A DNA stretch of 64,000 nucleotides, taken from contig JBHGNT010000009.1 in the NCBI GenBank assembly GCA_043228905.1, forward strand, positions 4,588,001 to 4,652,000. Direction: 5' to 3'. This document shows, in pieces, positions 13,607-27,100 of this stretch (the first letter of the stretch is position 1; each line of letters begins with the position of its first letter). The notes below the pieces were generated by a model. The model was not told where the DNA came from and searched no databases. It saw nothing but the letters and a program-made list of their open reading frames with translations. Source of the stretch: Azolla caroliniana. Its lineage: Eukaryota; Plantae; Polypodiophyta. Made by a program: the position numbers and the translations under genes.

Positions 13607-13773
13607 TTCACAATCAGCTCTCGCCCTAACGTTTTAGCTTTGGTCAATGATTCCTAGCATTTAGCATCAACCAGATATATGAATTTCATGTTCACAATCA
13701 GCTCTCGCCCTAACGTTTTAGCTTTGGTCAATGATTCCTAGCATTTAGCATCAACCAGATATATGAATTTCAT
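13607..13773. repeat. Perfect two-copy tandem duplication, 84-bp period
   Basis: TTCACAATCAGCTCTCGCCC...GAATTTCAT starts at 13607 and at 13691. Confidence 0.95.
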
Positions 13774-16700
13774 TTACCATGCAATTGGAATTATGCATTC
13801 AACATGGAATTCATTTTTAACTTCCTCTCAATTGAAAAATATGGTGTATTGTCATCATCTTTAAATAAGTTCTTTTATATGTGGCAAAATGCCTTTAAAT
13901 TACGCGGAAACAATATTTAGACGAGTTAACTGATAGAGTAGGTATATTTTTTATTTTTTATTTTTTCCAAAGAAGAATATACATAGAGTAGGTATATTGT
14001 GGTTATGCATGTAACATATACTATGAGCATTTTGTCAACTACACAGTATTTATTGATGAGAAATTTTCATCTACATTTTCTTTGGTTACTTCTAAAAGTT
14101 TAAGTTTGGAAGTCTGATTTACTTTATTTACCATCGCATGGGTATATCCTATGTGAAATTTATTGCTTACATCTTTTACAAAACTGTCTTTTCAAACTAC
14201 GAGCCTCAGAAGATTGTGGAATACACACATGAAATCAAACTCATCAGTCATAAGGATTTCCTACTATATCATCCAACAACTTCAACTTACCCATTGCACA
14301 ATGTGGGTGAGGGTGTGAAAATGTTTAATATGTCACAATCTTCCCATTGATGAGGCATTTATTTAGGAGTACTCCAACCAATTTAATTGCTTTACGATTA
14401 GGAAAATAGTCTATATGACTATATCCAACATATTTTAATTATTCCGAAAGGGACAAAAGTTTCATGTGAAGTAACGATCATGATAACTTCGCTTTTACAA
14501 CTTGTTTTCTTAAGCAATGATCCATAAACCTTATAATTGGGAAATCTCAAAACGCGGTGAAAATCAAGTTATCATGTACACTACATATGATAGTGTGGGG
14601 TCTTAGACTTTGCTTACCTTCCAGGATATTAACCTTAGAAGTTCATTTTCCATTTATTACCTTCACATGGATGTACCATATGGATGTGGGTTGGACTTGT
14701 GTAATTTATTATCAGTTGCTTTTTTTAGTCGTCTTGTCAAACAAAAAGCATCCATCATAGGTTGATTAAGTAAAAACATAAAATTAAACTAGTAAGAATT
14801 CTCTTGTCTAGTAGTAACAACTTCGTCCCATTCATTGATCAATGTACATATATGTATGTGCACAATGCACATGTATAGAATATTCATAAAAAAGCCATCA
14901 AAATGGCAACTTTCCTTTTACATCAACTTCTTTTTACGTAAGCAAGCACTTATGAGTTCTGCCACTAGGAAATCTGAAACCGAGAAAACCCACAAAGATT
15001 GCTAGCACATTTACTATGTTCATAGGACAATATGGGGCTTGAACTTCACTCAAAGAATAAACAAAGGCTGCGTAGTCAAAGGTCATTGTCAAATTGATGT
15101 AGTCAAAGGCCGTGTAACTTTAGTCGATCATGTAGAAATAATCTAGCTTGAAGTTTATGAACTAGTCAAATCATGAACTAATTAAGACAAAGTTAATTGA
15201 ACGTCTACATGGTTATATGATCATTGATATCCTTATCAATCCAAAATCTACGACAAAATAATTGGGGTAAACTTGAAAAACAAAAAAATCTTTCCAAATT
15301 GAATCCTTATGGAGGCATCACCCAAGAAATTATTTAGTAGTTTGACAAGTCCATAGTAAATGTCTTCATTTGTAGTGTTTAATGCATACATTTGAGGTGA
15401 TCTATGTACGACACATGACAAGTTATATCGTAATGACAATGTTCCCTTGCAAGGAATTGTTGGTTTCCAAATTTCTATTGCAAAATTTCGGTCTTTGATC
15501 CTTGGGAATTTGCAATTTGTATGTACCATAATATTGAGGAAGCATGTTTCATTCAAACTTCCAAATGCTTTTGGATTTTGACAAACATTTTTCTCACCTA
15601 AAATATAACAATTGATACCCTACATCAAGTAAAACTTGTTTGGGTTACCTTTTCATACTAACATAACGACAATTGATATCCCACAGACAACTTTTATCAA
15701 GGCCACCTTGTCATGTTCATGTAATGACATTTGAGATCCCGCGTAAGGCAACTTTAAGCCAAGTCACCTTTTCATATTTGTGGAACAATTTTCTACATCC
15801 TAGAAGTGACTTTTACAAAAGTATATGTAATCCAATGACCATAGGAAGTTATGATGTTAAAGAACACACAAGAAAAGAAGTGTTTAGTAAGCTATTATAT
15901 GTTGCTGCAATATAATCATTCGTATTGATCTTCTGATTTACTTATCTCATCAAGGATTTAGATGTTGTGCCATCTCAAAATGTACAGGCTGTACATGCAA
16001 AATAAAGAGGGCTTCAAGGACATACGTGACCTTTTGTATTCTTTATAAAAGGATATGAATGGTGTAGAATTGCTGTTTTTTTGGAAGAATACCCCCTATA
16101 TAGAATAGGGTCAAATGCATCCACAATATTCTAGCCTAAATAGTTGGGAGACAAGAATGGAACCTTCTTGTTTTTTGTTTCATATGAATTAACTAAGTAG
16201 TTGGATGTCAACATTTAAACTGTTCACAGCATCGTGTTAGAGAATTGCAACATAATCTATGTTCTTGTTTGAAGATATTTCGTTTTTTTCGCATGTTATT
16301 TTGGAATAAGCTATGTACAACATTGATTGAAATCATGCTACTATATTTGAGTAGAAACGTAATAATTTTGTTCTAACAAACCATTCATGCACAAGAAGAG
16401 TCCTTATTTAAATCAAGTGGACCTTAACCTGACAATAATAAGCATAAATCAATGTGCAAAAGTCTTAGTCACAAATGCTTACAAATTTATCTACATGATA
16501 TATGGCATGAGAGGAAATTAGTTACTTCTAACAAAATATTTAAACATATTACCTTTTTGGGTTCAAAGTCAGAGGAACACTACCTTTTCATTTGACAATA
16601 CTGTTTGTCCCATTATGCAAAAAAATGGTCAAATCAAGTTATAGGGAATCTACCTTGAAGAACAAGAATCCATGACACAATGCAAATATCGAACCAAAAT

Positions 16701-18887
16701 AATGGACCTTCCATATCGAGGGAAATAACCATTGTAATGATGATTCTTATGCATAGTTCTTCTCCAACACATTGATCCTTTGACAACTGTGAGGCTCGCG
16801 AGCAAATCTAAAAATTGTAAATTTTCTACCTGGCATTTTCAATTGAATCATAGTAGAAACGAGTCACAGGAATCATTAACGAATCAATATTTCACAATAA
16901 AACCCATCGTTATGACTTTACAACTTATGGTGCAAACTAGTGCGTATTATCATTTTCAAATACATAAAATAACATAAAGATTAGAAACGTTGACTTCGAT
17001 AACGATATGATATATCTTTACACTCTTTCTAGTCACAATGTGGACATATCTCTTTATCTTTATTATTGAGTTTGTCACTAGCTCTAAGTGAAAAGTTATG
17101 GCACGTTTTCGCAATCTTGTCCTGTGTAGCTAGTAGCAACAATTATTCACGAGAATGTATTTGTTTGGGAACATGTAGAATCTTCAGATTTTAACACCTG
17201 TGTAGCTATTTATTTGTTAGAAAAAAACAAACAAACTAATGAGTGGTTTATATTATTTGAGGGAGAGAGATAAATGAAATGCACATACAAATTGGTAATG
17301 GGTGACACCTTGTCAAATTTGTATCCCTTTTTAAAGGCCCCCATAGTGGCACAAATTGGGCATGGGTCTTTTATTTTTCTATCTTCTTTCCAAAGACTAG
17401 GGGTTTTTAAGAAAATTTTGAAAGTTTTTGAAGACTATGGTTTTCATATCTACGATCCGGTGATCCTACACAACCATCTAACAAATAATTGCTAGAGTAA
17501 GATGAAAAGATTCCCATACACGCATATGTCTCCAAACATGCCAAAAAACAAAACAATATGATGTGAAGGTGACTTGAGAGTCGAGACTTCACTTTTGTAG
17601 CACTCCCAAAATTGCACGTACAATTGATTGCAAGGTACACATAATGAACTTTCTGGTGGAAGATAGTGTAGACCAAGGGTGTATATTTCACAATCCTGTA
17701 AGGCATTAATCTAACTTGTGATACCGTGAGGGCCACCTAGTAATATCAGTTTGATAATTCAATATAACAACTAGCTAGTTGAATCAGCGATCCATTTTAA
17801 TTAAATCCATTGGTCCAATATGCAATAATTTGATGTAGCATTGAATTCATAAATACTATCAAGAGTCACATTCTCCATCAAATCCATTGGTAATTTTTCT
17901 TGATTTTGAAATAAGTTTTATGACCTCAGTAAGTATTACCGTTTAGTTGCTACTTACTACTTATCCTGTCATTGAAATCATAATTTGATAGGGTATACGT
18001 TCATCAATACTTTGGTTGCACTTAGTATGCCATTAAACAAACAACTTTATTGTTTACCATAGTTTTGAATGCATTGTCGAAAGCATTATGTACAATTTTG
18101 TTCACACTTGTTGAATTCATAATGACAAAGCTCGATCTTTTTGGCTTATGTGGTAAAGGGACCAATATAAGAAGTTTTCTTTTGAGATTCATTATTATGT
18201 TGCAAATTCAATATTATTGCTCCATGGAGACTTCGAAGTCATCATGGCGATAATGACCAAATGATTCTAGTTTTGTGCTTCTCACATTTAACTCTATATA
18301 GTATGTCTAAATGCCATAAAGGAAGTAGGAATAAAGCTTCTATCTAATGTTCTCTTATGAATTGACATCTAAATGCATAAAGTGTAGTTTTTTGTAATGG
18401 TTATCCCACATATGTATTATGAAGGTTTTAATTGTGCACCCAAAGAGGTCTCACATCCAAAATGCTCATAAAGGAAAGGAGCGCACTCAACACTTAAATG
18501 TATTGCCTCCCTTGTAAAAAGCTCTTGCATTAAGAAGGGTTTGACTCAAGTTTCCAATTCAAGGAGAGGTTCTTGATTGCATAGATTGCTTCTGGACCAA
18601 ATATTATCATCGAGGAATAGAGTTCGAATCATGGATTGGGCTACATCAAGGCCACAAACCCAACATCCCATTCCTTGCACATGGGGTCTAAAATCAAACT
18701 AGCGTAGACATCCATCTCTCTAGGTGGAAGCCCCACAACGAAGCCACATATCTATTTCCGAAAAGGTTGATGATATGCCAGCAGTGGAGGAAATATGTTG
18801 GGGTGTCAAAAAAAAGAAAAAGATATTATAGATTATTATGACCTAAAAATACAAAGGAACAAGGTGATCAACTTAAGGGTGTGGGCC

Positions 18888-18889
<2 letters not shown>

Positions 18890-18931
<42 letters not shown>

Positions 18932-19939
18932 CCTTCTCTATATCTTACAAATCCAATCGGTGTCATGTGGACGTTTAAAAAGATATATATCTTCCCTCGC
19001 TCTCTCTTTAGACTTATCTTACCAACATTTCTTCACCATAGGCCAAATTTGACCTAATTGTGGATGATAAAAACATTTGCGCTATTCTATTCTCTCGATT
19101 GCAATGCCAACATGCACTCTTCAGTTGAAATGGTTATCATTACCGAAACTTCTTCTTCGGTGTATGGGGAGTCTGATTCTTGACCCGACTCGACTCGACA
19201 CACAGAAGGTGATTGATGTAAGAATGTGAGTGCACATAGTTGTACACACCCACAAACATACAGACATAGGCACGAACATACAGACAACGACACCGACACA
19301 GACATAGACACACCTCTGCATGCATTTCTATCTCTAGGCTGCGATGATGTGCATGACAGTCTCTTCACCAGGAATGTTCCATGGCCGGAATGGTGAGGAC
19401 ACGAGGACATGTTTTGTCCGGCCGGCCATCCACCCAAACAAAATCAAGGATCTACAATCTCTCTGTCTGTCTCTCTCTCCAAACTTTAACAACTCGAACC
19501 TAATCATTTCCATGTATGTATGTATGTATGTATGTATACCAAAAGTTATATAACTAAAGTGCTTCCCACACTCAATCTCTCTGTTTCTGTTTCTGTTTCT
19601 GTTTCTGTCTCTGTCTCTGTCTCTGTTTGTCGGTCAAAAAAGTGTCCTGTTCTTGTTTGATCCGTTTATATTGAGAAGCTGCCGCCATGGAAACCTCTTC
19701 CGATCATCAATGTGTCATGTAGAACACAGAAAAAAAGGAAGAAGAAGAAGAAGAAGAAGAAGAAGAAGAAGAAGAAGAAGCAGACAAAGAAGAAGAGAAG
19801 AAGACAGAGAGGAAGCAGGAAGGAAGGAAGGAAGATGATGATGGTGGAAGTAAAATAAGGAGCAACAAGAACGAAGATCCACGATGGTGCCAAGTTCCTG
19901 TACACTCTGTTTCTCATCTGAATGAATCAGAGGCAACAA

Positions 19940-19982
<43 letters not shown>

Positions 19983-20489
19983 TGAGTGAATGTGTGCGTA
20001 AGTGTTTGAGAGGTAACAAACAACTACAAAACCCTAATTCTGTTTCTTATTCTTCTCTCTCTCTCTCGCTCTCTCTGTGGTTTTCATTTCTTTGCTCCAA
20101 ATGAACTGGAACCCTTATCTTGATTCATCCTGCACACTTCTTCTTGTGTTTTTTCCTTCGTCCTCCTTTTTTAACGAATTACCATCCTCACTGAAAAGAA
20201 TACCCTAAATATCTGCTTATAGCATCTTGGAAACCCTAAATCTGTTACTTTGCTTTAGAAATCAAGAAACCCTACCATCTTTGATTTGCCTTGAAAATTT
20301 GGAAACCACCCTAAACCATCGTTTCACTTTGAAATACCCTATAGATCTTTAACTTCCTAGTAGTTCTTTGCATCCCTAATAGTCGCTTGAAAGCATAATA
20401 GTCCTTCAGAATACTGAACTTTTAACCCTGCAACTTTTGAAACCCAAAGCAAGCAAAACCAAAGAAATACCAGATTAGTTAGTCTCTCC

Positions 20490-20523
<34 letters not shown>
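18890..20523. repeat. Microsatellite-rich 5' region of the Exo70 gene: (CA)n, (TATG)n, (CTGTTT)n, (GAA)n, (GA)n, (CT)n
   Basis: Tracts at 18890-18927, 19512-19537, 19580-19626, 19738-19780, 19944-19978, 20055-20075 and 20483-20523. Confidence 0.9.
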
Positions 20524-20552
20524 TTTGAGCCTTATGTGGGCCATTGAGAGCC

Positions 20553-22427
20553 ATGGAGCTCTCATTTGTTCAAGAGAATTTAAATGCCCATTTAAAACGG
20601 GATATGACTTCTTTGAGAGGGCAACAAGCACAAATGAGATGTGATCATCAACAGTCAGATTCCTTCTCTTACCTCAATGGTGGTTCAGAATATTCTGGAA
20701 GATTCCGGAAAAGTTCAGATACTCAAATTCTTGCCTTAGAAGAGGAATTCCGGCGCCTGCTTGTGGGCCACAGCGAGTTGGTAAACATGAAACAAATCTT
20801 GGATCAAGTTTCTTTTGATACCTGGAGGCTGGATAAGGGAGTAGAAGGTTCGATCAAACTTCGGGAAAGTACCATAGGAGAAGGAATGGTTGGCTCATAT
20901 GATGCATCAGATCTTCATGTGATGTCCATGTCGATGCTATCTGATGTTGACATGAGCATCGCATCAATGCCATCGGATATTGATGTGAGCATCTCTTCAA
21001 TGCAGTCAGATTTGAGCTTGGATCTCAAGGTAACCATTGCTTCTTTGATGCCATCAGATGATGTGACCATGGCTTTGATGCCATTGGATGTGATCTCGGA
21101 TCTCCATCAAATCGCCTGCCACATGATGGAAGCGGGCCATACCAAAGAATGCTACCATGCATTTATCAGTGTCCGGAAATCTGTGATTGAAGATACTTTA
21201 TCCGGCCTCGGCCTCGAGAAGCTTGGCCTGGATGATGTGCAAAAGCTAGCTTGGGAAGACTTAGAGGTTAGGATAATGACATGGATTCAGGCCTTGAAAG
21301 CCGCGGTCGGCATACTTTATGTAGGCGAAAAGATGCTATGTTACCAAGTCTTTGGTAGTGGCTTGGATGCAGAGGAGCTGTTTTCGGAAATTTCGAAAGG
21401 CTCATTGCTGAGATTTATGAATTTCGCAGAGGGCATTGCCATTGGTCGACGCTTGCCAGAGAAGCTCTTCCGGATCCTAGACATGTATGAGGCTCTTTGT
21501 GAGGTTCGTCCTAGGATCGATGCAATCTTCTCAGACGATATATTTGCTTGTGTGAGGTTTGAGGTTGATGGCACCATCATAAGGCTCGGGGAGGCTGCCC
21601 GGGGAATCTTCGCCGAATTCGAGAACGCGATCCAAAGAGAATCTTCCAAGATTCCAGTCCCCGGAGGCGCAATTCACCCCCTCACTAAATATGTTATGAA
21701 CTACATAAAGTTGCTCTTTTGTTACCTCGGCCCATTAACACGTCTTCTCGGAGACAAGAAGAAAAAGAGGATGGGAGTCACACCGCAAGAGAGAGAAAAT
21801 GATGATGATGCTCATTATGTTGATCACCTGTCACCGTTGGGGGTTCAAATTGTGTGGTTAATAGTGCTCTTGGAGTGCAATCTTGATGGTAAATCAAAGC
21901 TTTATAAGGATGTAGCTCAAACATATTTTTTCCTCATGAATAATGTGCACTACATTGTGCAAAAAGTGAGGAAATCAGAGGTTGTGTCTCTTTTAGGTGA
22001 GGATTGGGTCCGGAAGCAATCCCGCCAAGTCCTCCAACATGCGACAAACTATATGAGGTCAGGATGGAAGAAAGTGCTAGGGTTTGTTCGATTCGAAGGA
22101 TCGAATGGTATAAATGTGCCCAAGGGTGTATTCAGAGATAGGCTCAAAGGATTTTACACCTGCTTCGAGGATACATGCCGGGCACAATCAAGTTGGGTCG
22201 TCCCCGACCTTGAGCTTAGGGAAGAGTTGAGAATCTCAATAGCTGAGAAGATTATCACGGCTTATCAATCTTTCTTAACTCGGCACCAGGCCCATTTAGA
22301 ACTTGGAAAGCAACAAGATCGGTACCTGAAGTACACACCTGAGGAGCTTGAGAGATGCCTTCTTGATCTTTTCGAAGGTGTATGTTTGACTCCCAGGAGG
22401 AATCAGAGGAAGACCTCCTTGAACTGA
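20553..22427 (+). CDS. EXO70: Exocyst complex component Exo70 family protein, intronless, 624 aa
   Basis: Long uninterrupted ORF with Exo70 motifs LEEEFRRLL, PEKLFRILDMYE, PGGAIHPLTKYVMNY, FLMNNVHYIVQKV, WVVPDLELREELR and KYTPEELE; first ATG at 20553 (the ORF track starts at a TTG). Confidence 0.95.
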   Translation: MELSFVQENLNAHLKRDMTSLRGQQAQMRCDHQQSDSFSYLNGGSEYSGRFRKSSDTQILALEEEFRRLLVGHSELVNMKQILDQVSFDTWRLDKGVEGSIKLRESTIGEGMVGSYDASDLHVMSMSMLSDVDMSIASMPSDIDVSISSMQSDLSLDLKVTIASLMPSDDVTMALMPLDVISDLHQIACHMMEAGHTKECYHAFISVRKSVIEDTLSGLGLEKLGLDDVQKLAWEDLEVRIMTWIQALKAAVGILYVGEKMLCYQVFGSGLDAEELFSEISKGSLLRFMNFAEGIAIGRRLPEKLFRILDMYEALCEVRPRIDAIFSDDIFACVRFEVDGTIIRLGEAARGIFAEFENAIQRESSKIPVPGGAIHPLTKYVMNYIKLLFCYLGPLTRLLGDKKKKRMGVTPQERENDDDAHYVDHLSPLGVQIVWLIVLLECNLDGKSKLYKDVAQTYFFLMNNVHYIVQKVRKSEVVSLLGEDWVRKQSRQVLQHATNYMRSGWKKVLGFVRFEGSNGINVPKGVFRDRLKGFYTCFEDTCRAQSSWVVPDLELREELRISIAEKIITAYQSFLTRHQAHLELGKQQDRYLKYTPEELERCLLDLFEGVCLTPRRNQRKTSLN

Positions 22428-24190
22428 CCTACTTGATGCTTACTTGGTGATTGTTTTGAGGAGCAATCTTTCGATGTATCATATATATAGAGAGGCTTTA
22501 AAGTCGGCTCTCGACAAAATTTACCCACATTTGTATCTACATTAAATATATATTTGTTAACATGGCACCATGGAGGCCAAGGGATCTTATTAACATTGTT
22601 TATGTATAGTAATCGCTCATTTTTTAGTGTATTTTGCTTGGACACAATGGTATACATTCCCCCTACACTTAAATACGATATAGATGAACATATACATATA
22701 TGCTCTTGTAGATACAATTTTGAATTTTTCATATAACCAGTTCAATGCATAATAGCTCATTATTAACAGACAAGTATAAAATATATGTGTATATAGCACA
22801 TTTCCACATCTACAAATTAGCACCAATAAGTAACAAACAAGCAGCCCAATATACTTAATAGCTTGTCCACAATATGGGCAAATGCATACGTATGAAGCAG
22901 ACTTCTTCAAGCACTGTCTTAGCACCTAAAAAAACAATGATAAGCTCAATACATAGTAGGTCAGCAGTAATATGGAGGAACATCAAAATATATTTAGCTA
23001 TGTAAGTTTCAAGCCCTCTATATACATGTGTGCATGTTAGGGTTATTTGTTTAGGTCATATGTTGTATTGATGGGTCACCACATCGATGAGTCCCATGTG
23101 GAACTAATCATTTACACCCCCTTTTTTCTCTATTTTGCTTCTACACTTGTAATGATGTGGACGAGCACATATATGCTCTCACCAATATTAGTTTGCATTT
23201 GTCAGGTAGTTTTCATATATGTATTTAAGTGTGTATGTTAAAAGGTTATTTGTTTAGGTGATGTGTTGTATTGACCAATGGTCACCACATCAAAGAGTCA
23301 TGGTGAGGTCGAATGAAGAAAATGGTATTCCTCTAAAGAAGAATCTTCTCACAAATCAAGTCTCCTTTCATTGTCAAATAGCTCTATCAATCGGAAAGTA
23401 GTTTATGCGAGGGCCACCATGGAAACAAAAGAGTTAGATGCAATAATGTGAAGGTTTTAATTTTAAGGTTTGAGGAACATTGTCTTACTTGGGAAAAAGA
23501 AGCCTGTGTACGTAATGAAAGTTCATGGTTGGGGGTTTGAGGTGTATCATTTAAGATTTAGGGTTTGGTATTCATCAGTTTTTGAACATATGGATTCATA
23601 AGCGAGTTCAGGGCTTGTGGTAATTAAAATGTTTTCATCCTTTCCTGGACATAAGCATATGGTATGAAGATTCAAGTTTATGTTATAATGCATGAATGCA
23701 CCATAATCAACTCAAAGAAACTTACGAAGAGTGTCTATTTATAATGGAAGGTGGATCGAAGTGGACAAGCCATCAGATGCAAAGCATTAGCGACAGTTGC
23801 CCATGGTGAATTGTGTACACAATGGTTCTCAACATTGTCTACGTCAAACCTAGGGTTTTAAGAAGGTAAATTGAGCCTAGTGAAACACACTATCGACTCC
23901 ATACTTGGCAAGTTTGTTGTCACGCATCCGGAAAGATGTCCGGGGACAATTCGAGGCAGGCGAACAAAATGGGCACGACCGTCCGTCAGAAACCGAATGA
24001 GACAAGCCCTTGTTGGGGTTGAGTTTGAGGAGGTATAATGTTTTAGGGTTCCGGATTTTAGGGTGTAAAATGATTAGGGATTCCCATGTTTAGGGTATAG
24101 GCTTTAAAGGTTTTTTAGGGTTAGGTTTGATGGGGTCTTGGTCCATTTAGGGTATACACGTTCCCAAGGTGCTTCATGCAAATTTAGGAG

Positions 24191-27100
24191 ATGGATTGTA
24201 GGGCGGATGTTGTTTCTGATAATTTATATGTGCCGAAGCCACCCAATTTCTCCCTTGAGAAGGCCGTGTGCAGCTATGGTTTCTTCATGACATCACCCAA
24301 CATGTGGATAAATAACAGGCCATCACCATCACCGGAGGAGATGGAAATGAATGTGAAGATGAAGAACTCTGTAGTGTGGGATGCCCTTCAACGCCCTCTT
24401 CGATTGCTTGATGGGCGATCCGTTGTCGTTCGAATCTATGAAATTGAACACGAAATTTGCATCTCCATCCTTCGGCCTCCTCAACAACAACTTTGTGATG
24501 ATGATAAGGGCCATATTGTGGTATGTCTTCTCTCACAGCCCCCTTCTTCTTCTTCTTCCATATTAGTTTGCTGTATAGAGATTTGTTTCAGTTTTGAATG
24601 ATGTATTATAAGAAAGGCATGAAGATGGGATCCATTCTTTAAATACATATGGAGGTGCTTGATTATGCGATTGATTTACTTTTGCTATTTTAAGCATGTA
24701 AAAGGGAATTTGATTTTGCTCTTTGTTGCATTTTGATATCATATTGGACAAGGTGTTGATTAGAATGTGTAGTTATATATGAACCAAAGGAGGAACAATG
24801 TGATAGGAAAATTTTCCATTTGATTCTGTATTACCTTACCTAAGTAGGGATCGCATAGAATTTTTAGTATTGGGGAAATTTTTGTTGAAAGAAGGGATTG
24901 CATGGTAAGTTTTTTATTTGGAAACATGCCAAAAACTATGATAGTAAAAGGTCTTGCCTTCTTCTCAAGGCCCAAGTTACAAGAATGCTCCGCCTTTCCG
25001 AGGTTGAATCTGCATCTGTGGCAGAATTTCATGGACTCCATCCTCAAGCAAAAGAAGAAGGTTTTGGTCGGCTATTTCGATCTCCTACTCTTTTTGAAGA
25101 TATGGTTAAAAGTCTCCTCCTTTGCAACTGCGGGTATTGATCCCTCTTATATCTATTGTTTGATTTGCTCTTTTTTTGGTCGAATGTTGCATTCAAAAGT
25201 GCATACAAACAATGCATTCAAAAGTGCTTTCAAAACCATGTGTGATTATGTGAGAGATAGTGCATAAAGAATGGATTGATTCTTTGGGTAGAACACTGCT
25301 CTCAAAATTATGTACAAATGTATTTATTGTCAATTGGTTCAAAAACATGACTGGTTACATGAGAGTGAAGGAATCAATTGGTTCTTTTAAGGTAGAATAT
25401 ATCACTCTCGAAAGTGCATGTAAATCATGTTTATTATTAATGCAAAGTGCATATAAATCACATTTATTATTAAGGTGAAGAATTGGGACTCATTGTATAC
25501 CATGCATTTACATATGCAATAGTAACAACACACACACACATGTACATCTACCAATACATATACATATATGAATAAATACACACATATTCACATATTCACA
25601 TATTCACATATTCACATATTCACATATTCACATATTCACATATTCACATATTCACATATTCACATATTCACACATATATACATATTCACACATATATACA
25701 TACGCACATACACACATACACACATATACACACATATATATAAGCAATCATATTCATCTTATTATGCAATATCTATGTACATAAGATATTTTCTCTTCTC
25801 GGGTATGTGAATAAAGGTGGGGAAGAACACTTACCATGGCAAAGGCATTGTGTGAACTAAATGCGGAGCTGAGGGGCCCACCTTTGGGATATGTAAAATT
25901 GGAAAATAAAATGAACCGGGTGATGTCACCTCCCCAAACCCCTAAAGCAAGAGAAGTGAAAAGAAAGCGAAGGTCGAAGGATGGGAAAACTTTGCAAAAG
26001 GATCTTTTTCTAAGTAAACATAAATTATGTCAACAGTTCGAAAGCAAAGCACCTGACATTGATGATGAACTTCTGTTTGCAATTGAACCTGTGAAATCAT
26101 GTGATTCGAATAATAGGGAAGAAACTGTTCCAATCCTAGGGAATTTTCCAAGTCCAGAAGAATTATGTGAGCTAGATGTAAATTTTCTATCTAGGCGATG
26201 TGGCCTAGGCTACCGAGGTCAACGAATCTGGAAGCTTGCAAAGGATGTATCCAATGGGACCATTGATATACAAGCATTGGAAAAGTGTTCATTGAATGAA
26301 GCAAGAAACATGCTTTTGCAATTGCATGGATTTGGGCCATTCACATGTGCGAATGTTCTTGTATGCATGGGAAAATATGACACCATTCCGGCTGATACAG
26401 AGACAGTGCGCCACATAAGACAGGTATTCTATATTGAAAAACACCCCTAATATGTTGACTATTTACTAGAATATGCCCAAGTTTTCAAAACTTCCCAGAT
26501 TACTCTGTAATACAAAACTTACTACGTAGGGGTATCCTGTTAAATTCCCAAAAATTTGGAAGTATTTTAATAAATACCAAATAAGTCAGCCTTCAGGGGT
26601 AAACAGGTATTGTATAGGAGAGAACATCAAAGTACACAAACTTGCTCGTTGTTTAGGTCATTTTTGGAAACTTTGCGTATTCTATTAAATACTCAACAAG
26701 TGTGGGGTATTTTTCCCTATTTTGTGATAATGCCGTGTTTTGAATAATTAAACTCAATATTTTTTAGGTAAAAGTTTTTCTATGCATATCATAGTAAACT
26801 TTCTTTGAAGATTCTCTGATATGCAATATATAGACATGTTTAATTTGGTAATCAAATAACTTGTTCTTTTTTTCCTACTCTGCTATTATAAAACAATAGG
26901 TATTTAGTAACACTGTTTGGGCCTCTTCAGTTTTATCTGAAATGTGCGTGTTGTTTCTTGTAATGGAGTGTAAAACATCAAGTTTGTACTACATATAACT
27001 TTAGAGGAGAGCATTGAAAAATGTTACAAAATTTATTCCTCTTTTTCAAGGAGCATGGAAGATTGAGTTGCAGCGTGTCAAGTGTCTCAAAAGATGTTGC

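Noticed and set aside
19360-19430. GGAATGTTCCATGGCCGG resembling miR166*
   Set aside because: Only a partial match, and no mature miR166 arm or convincing hairpin nearby.
19087-20104. Short ORFs with poly-R, poly-F, poly-L and (ER)n
   Set aside because: Translations of microsatellites.
24040-24155. Interstitial telomere array
   Set aside because: Motifs are interspersed with unique sequence rather than tandem; treated as telo-boxes.
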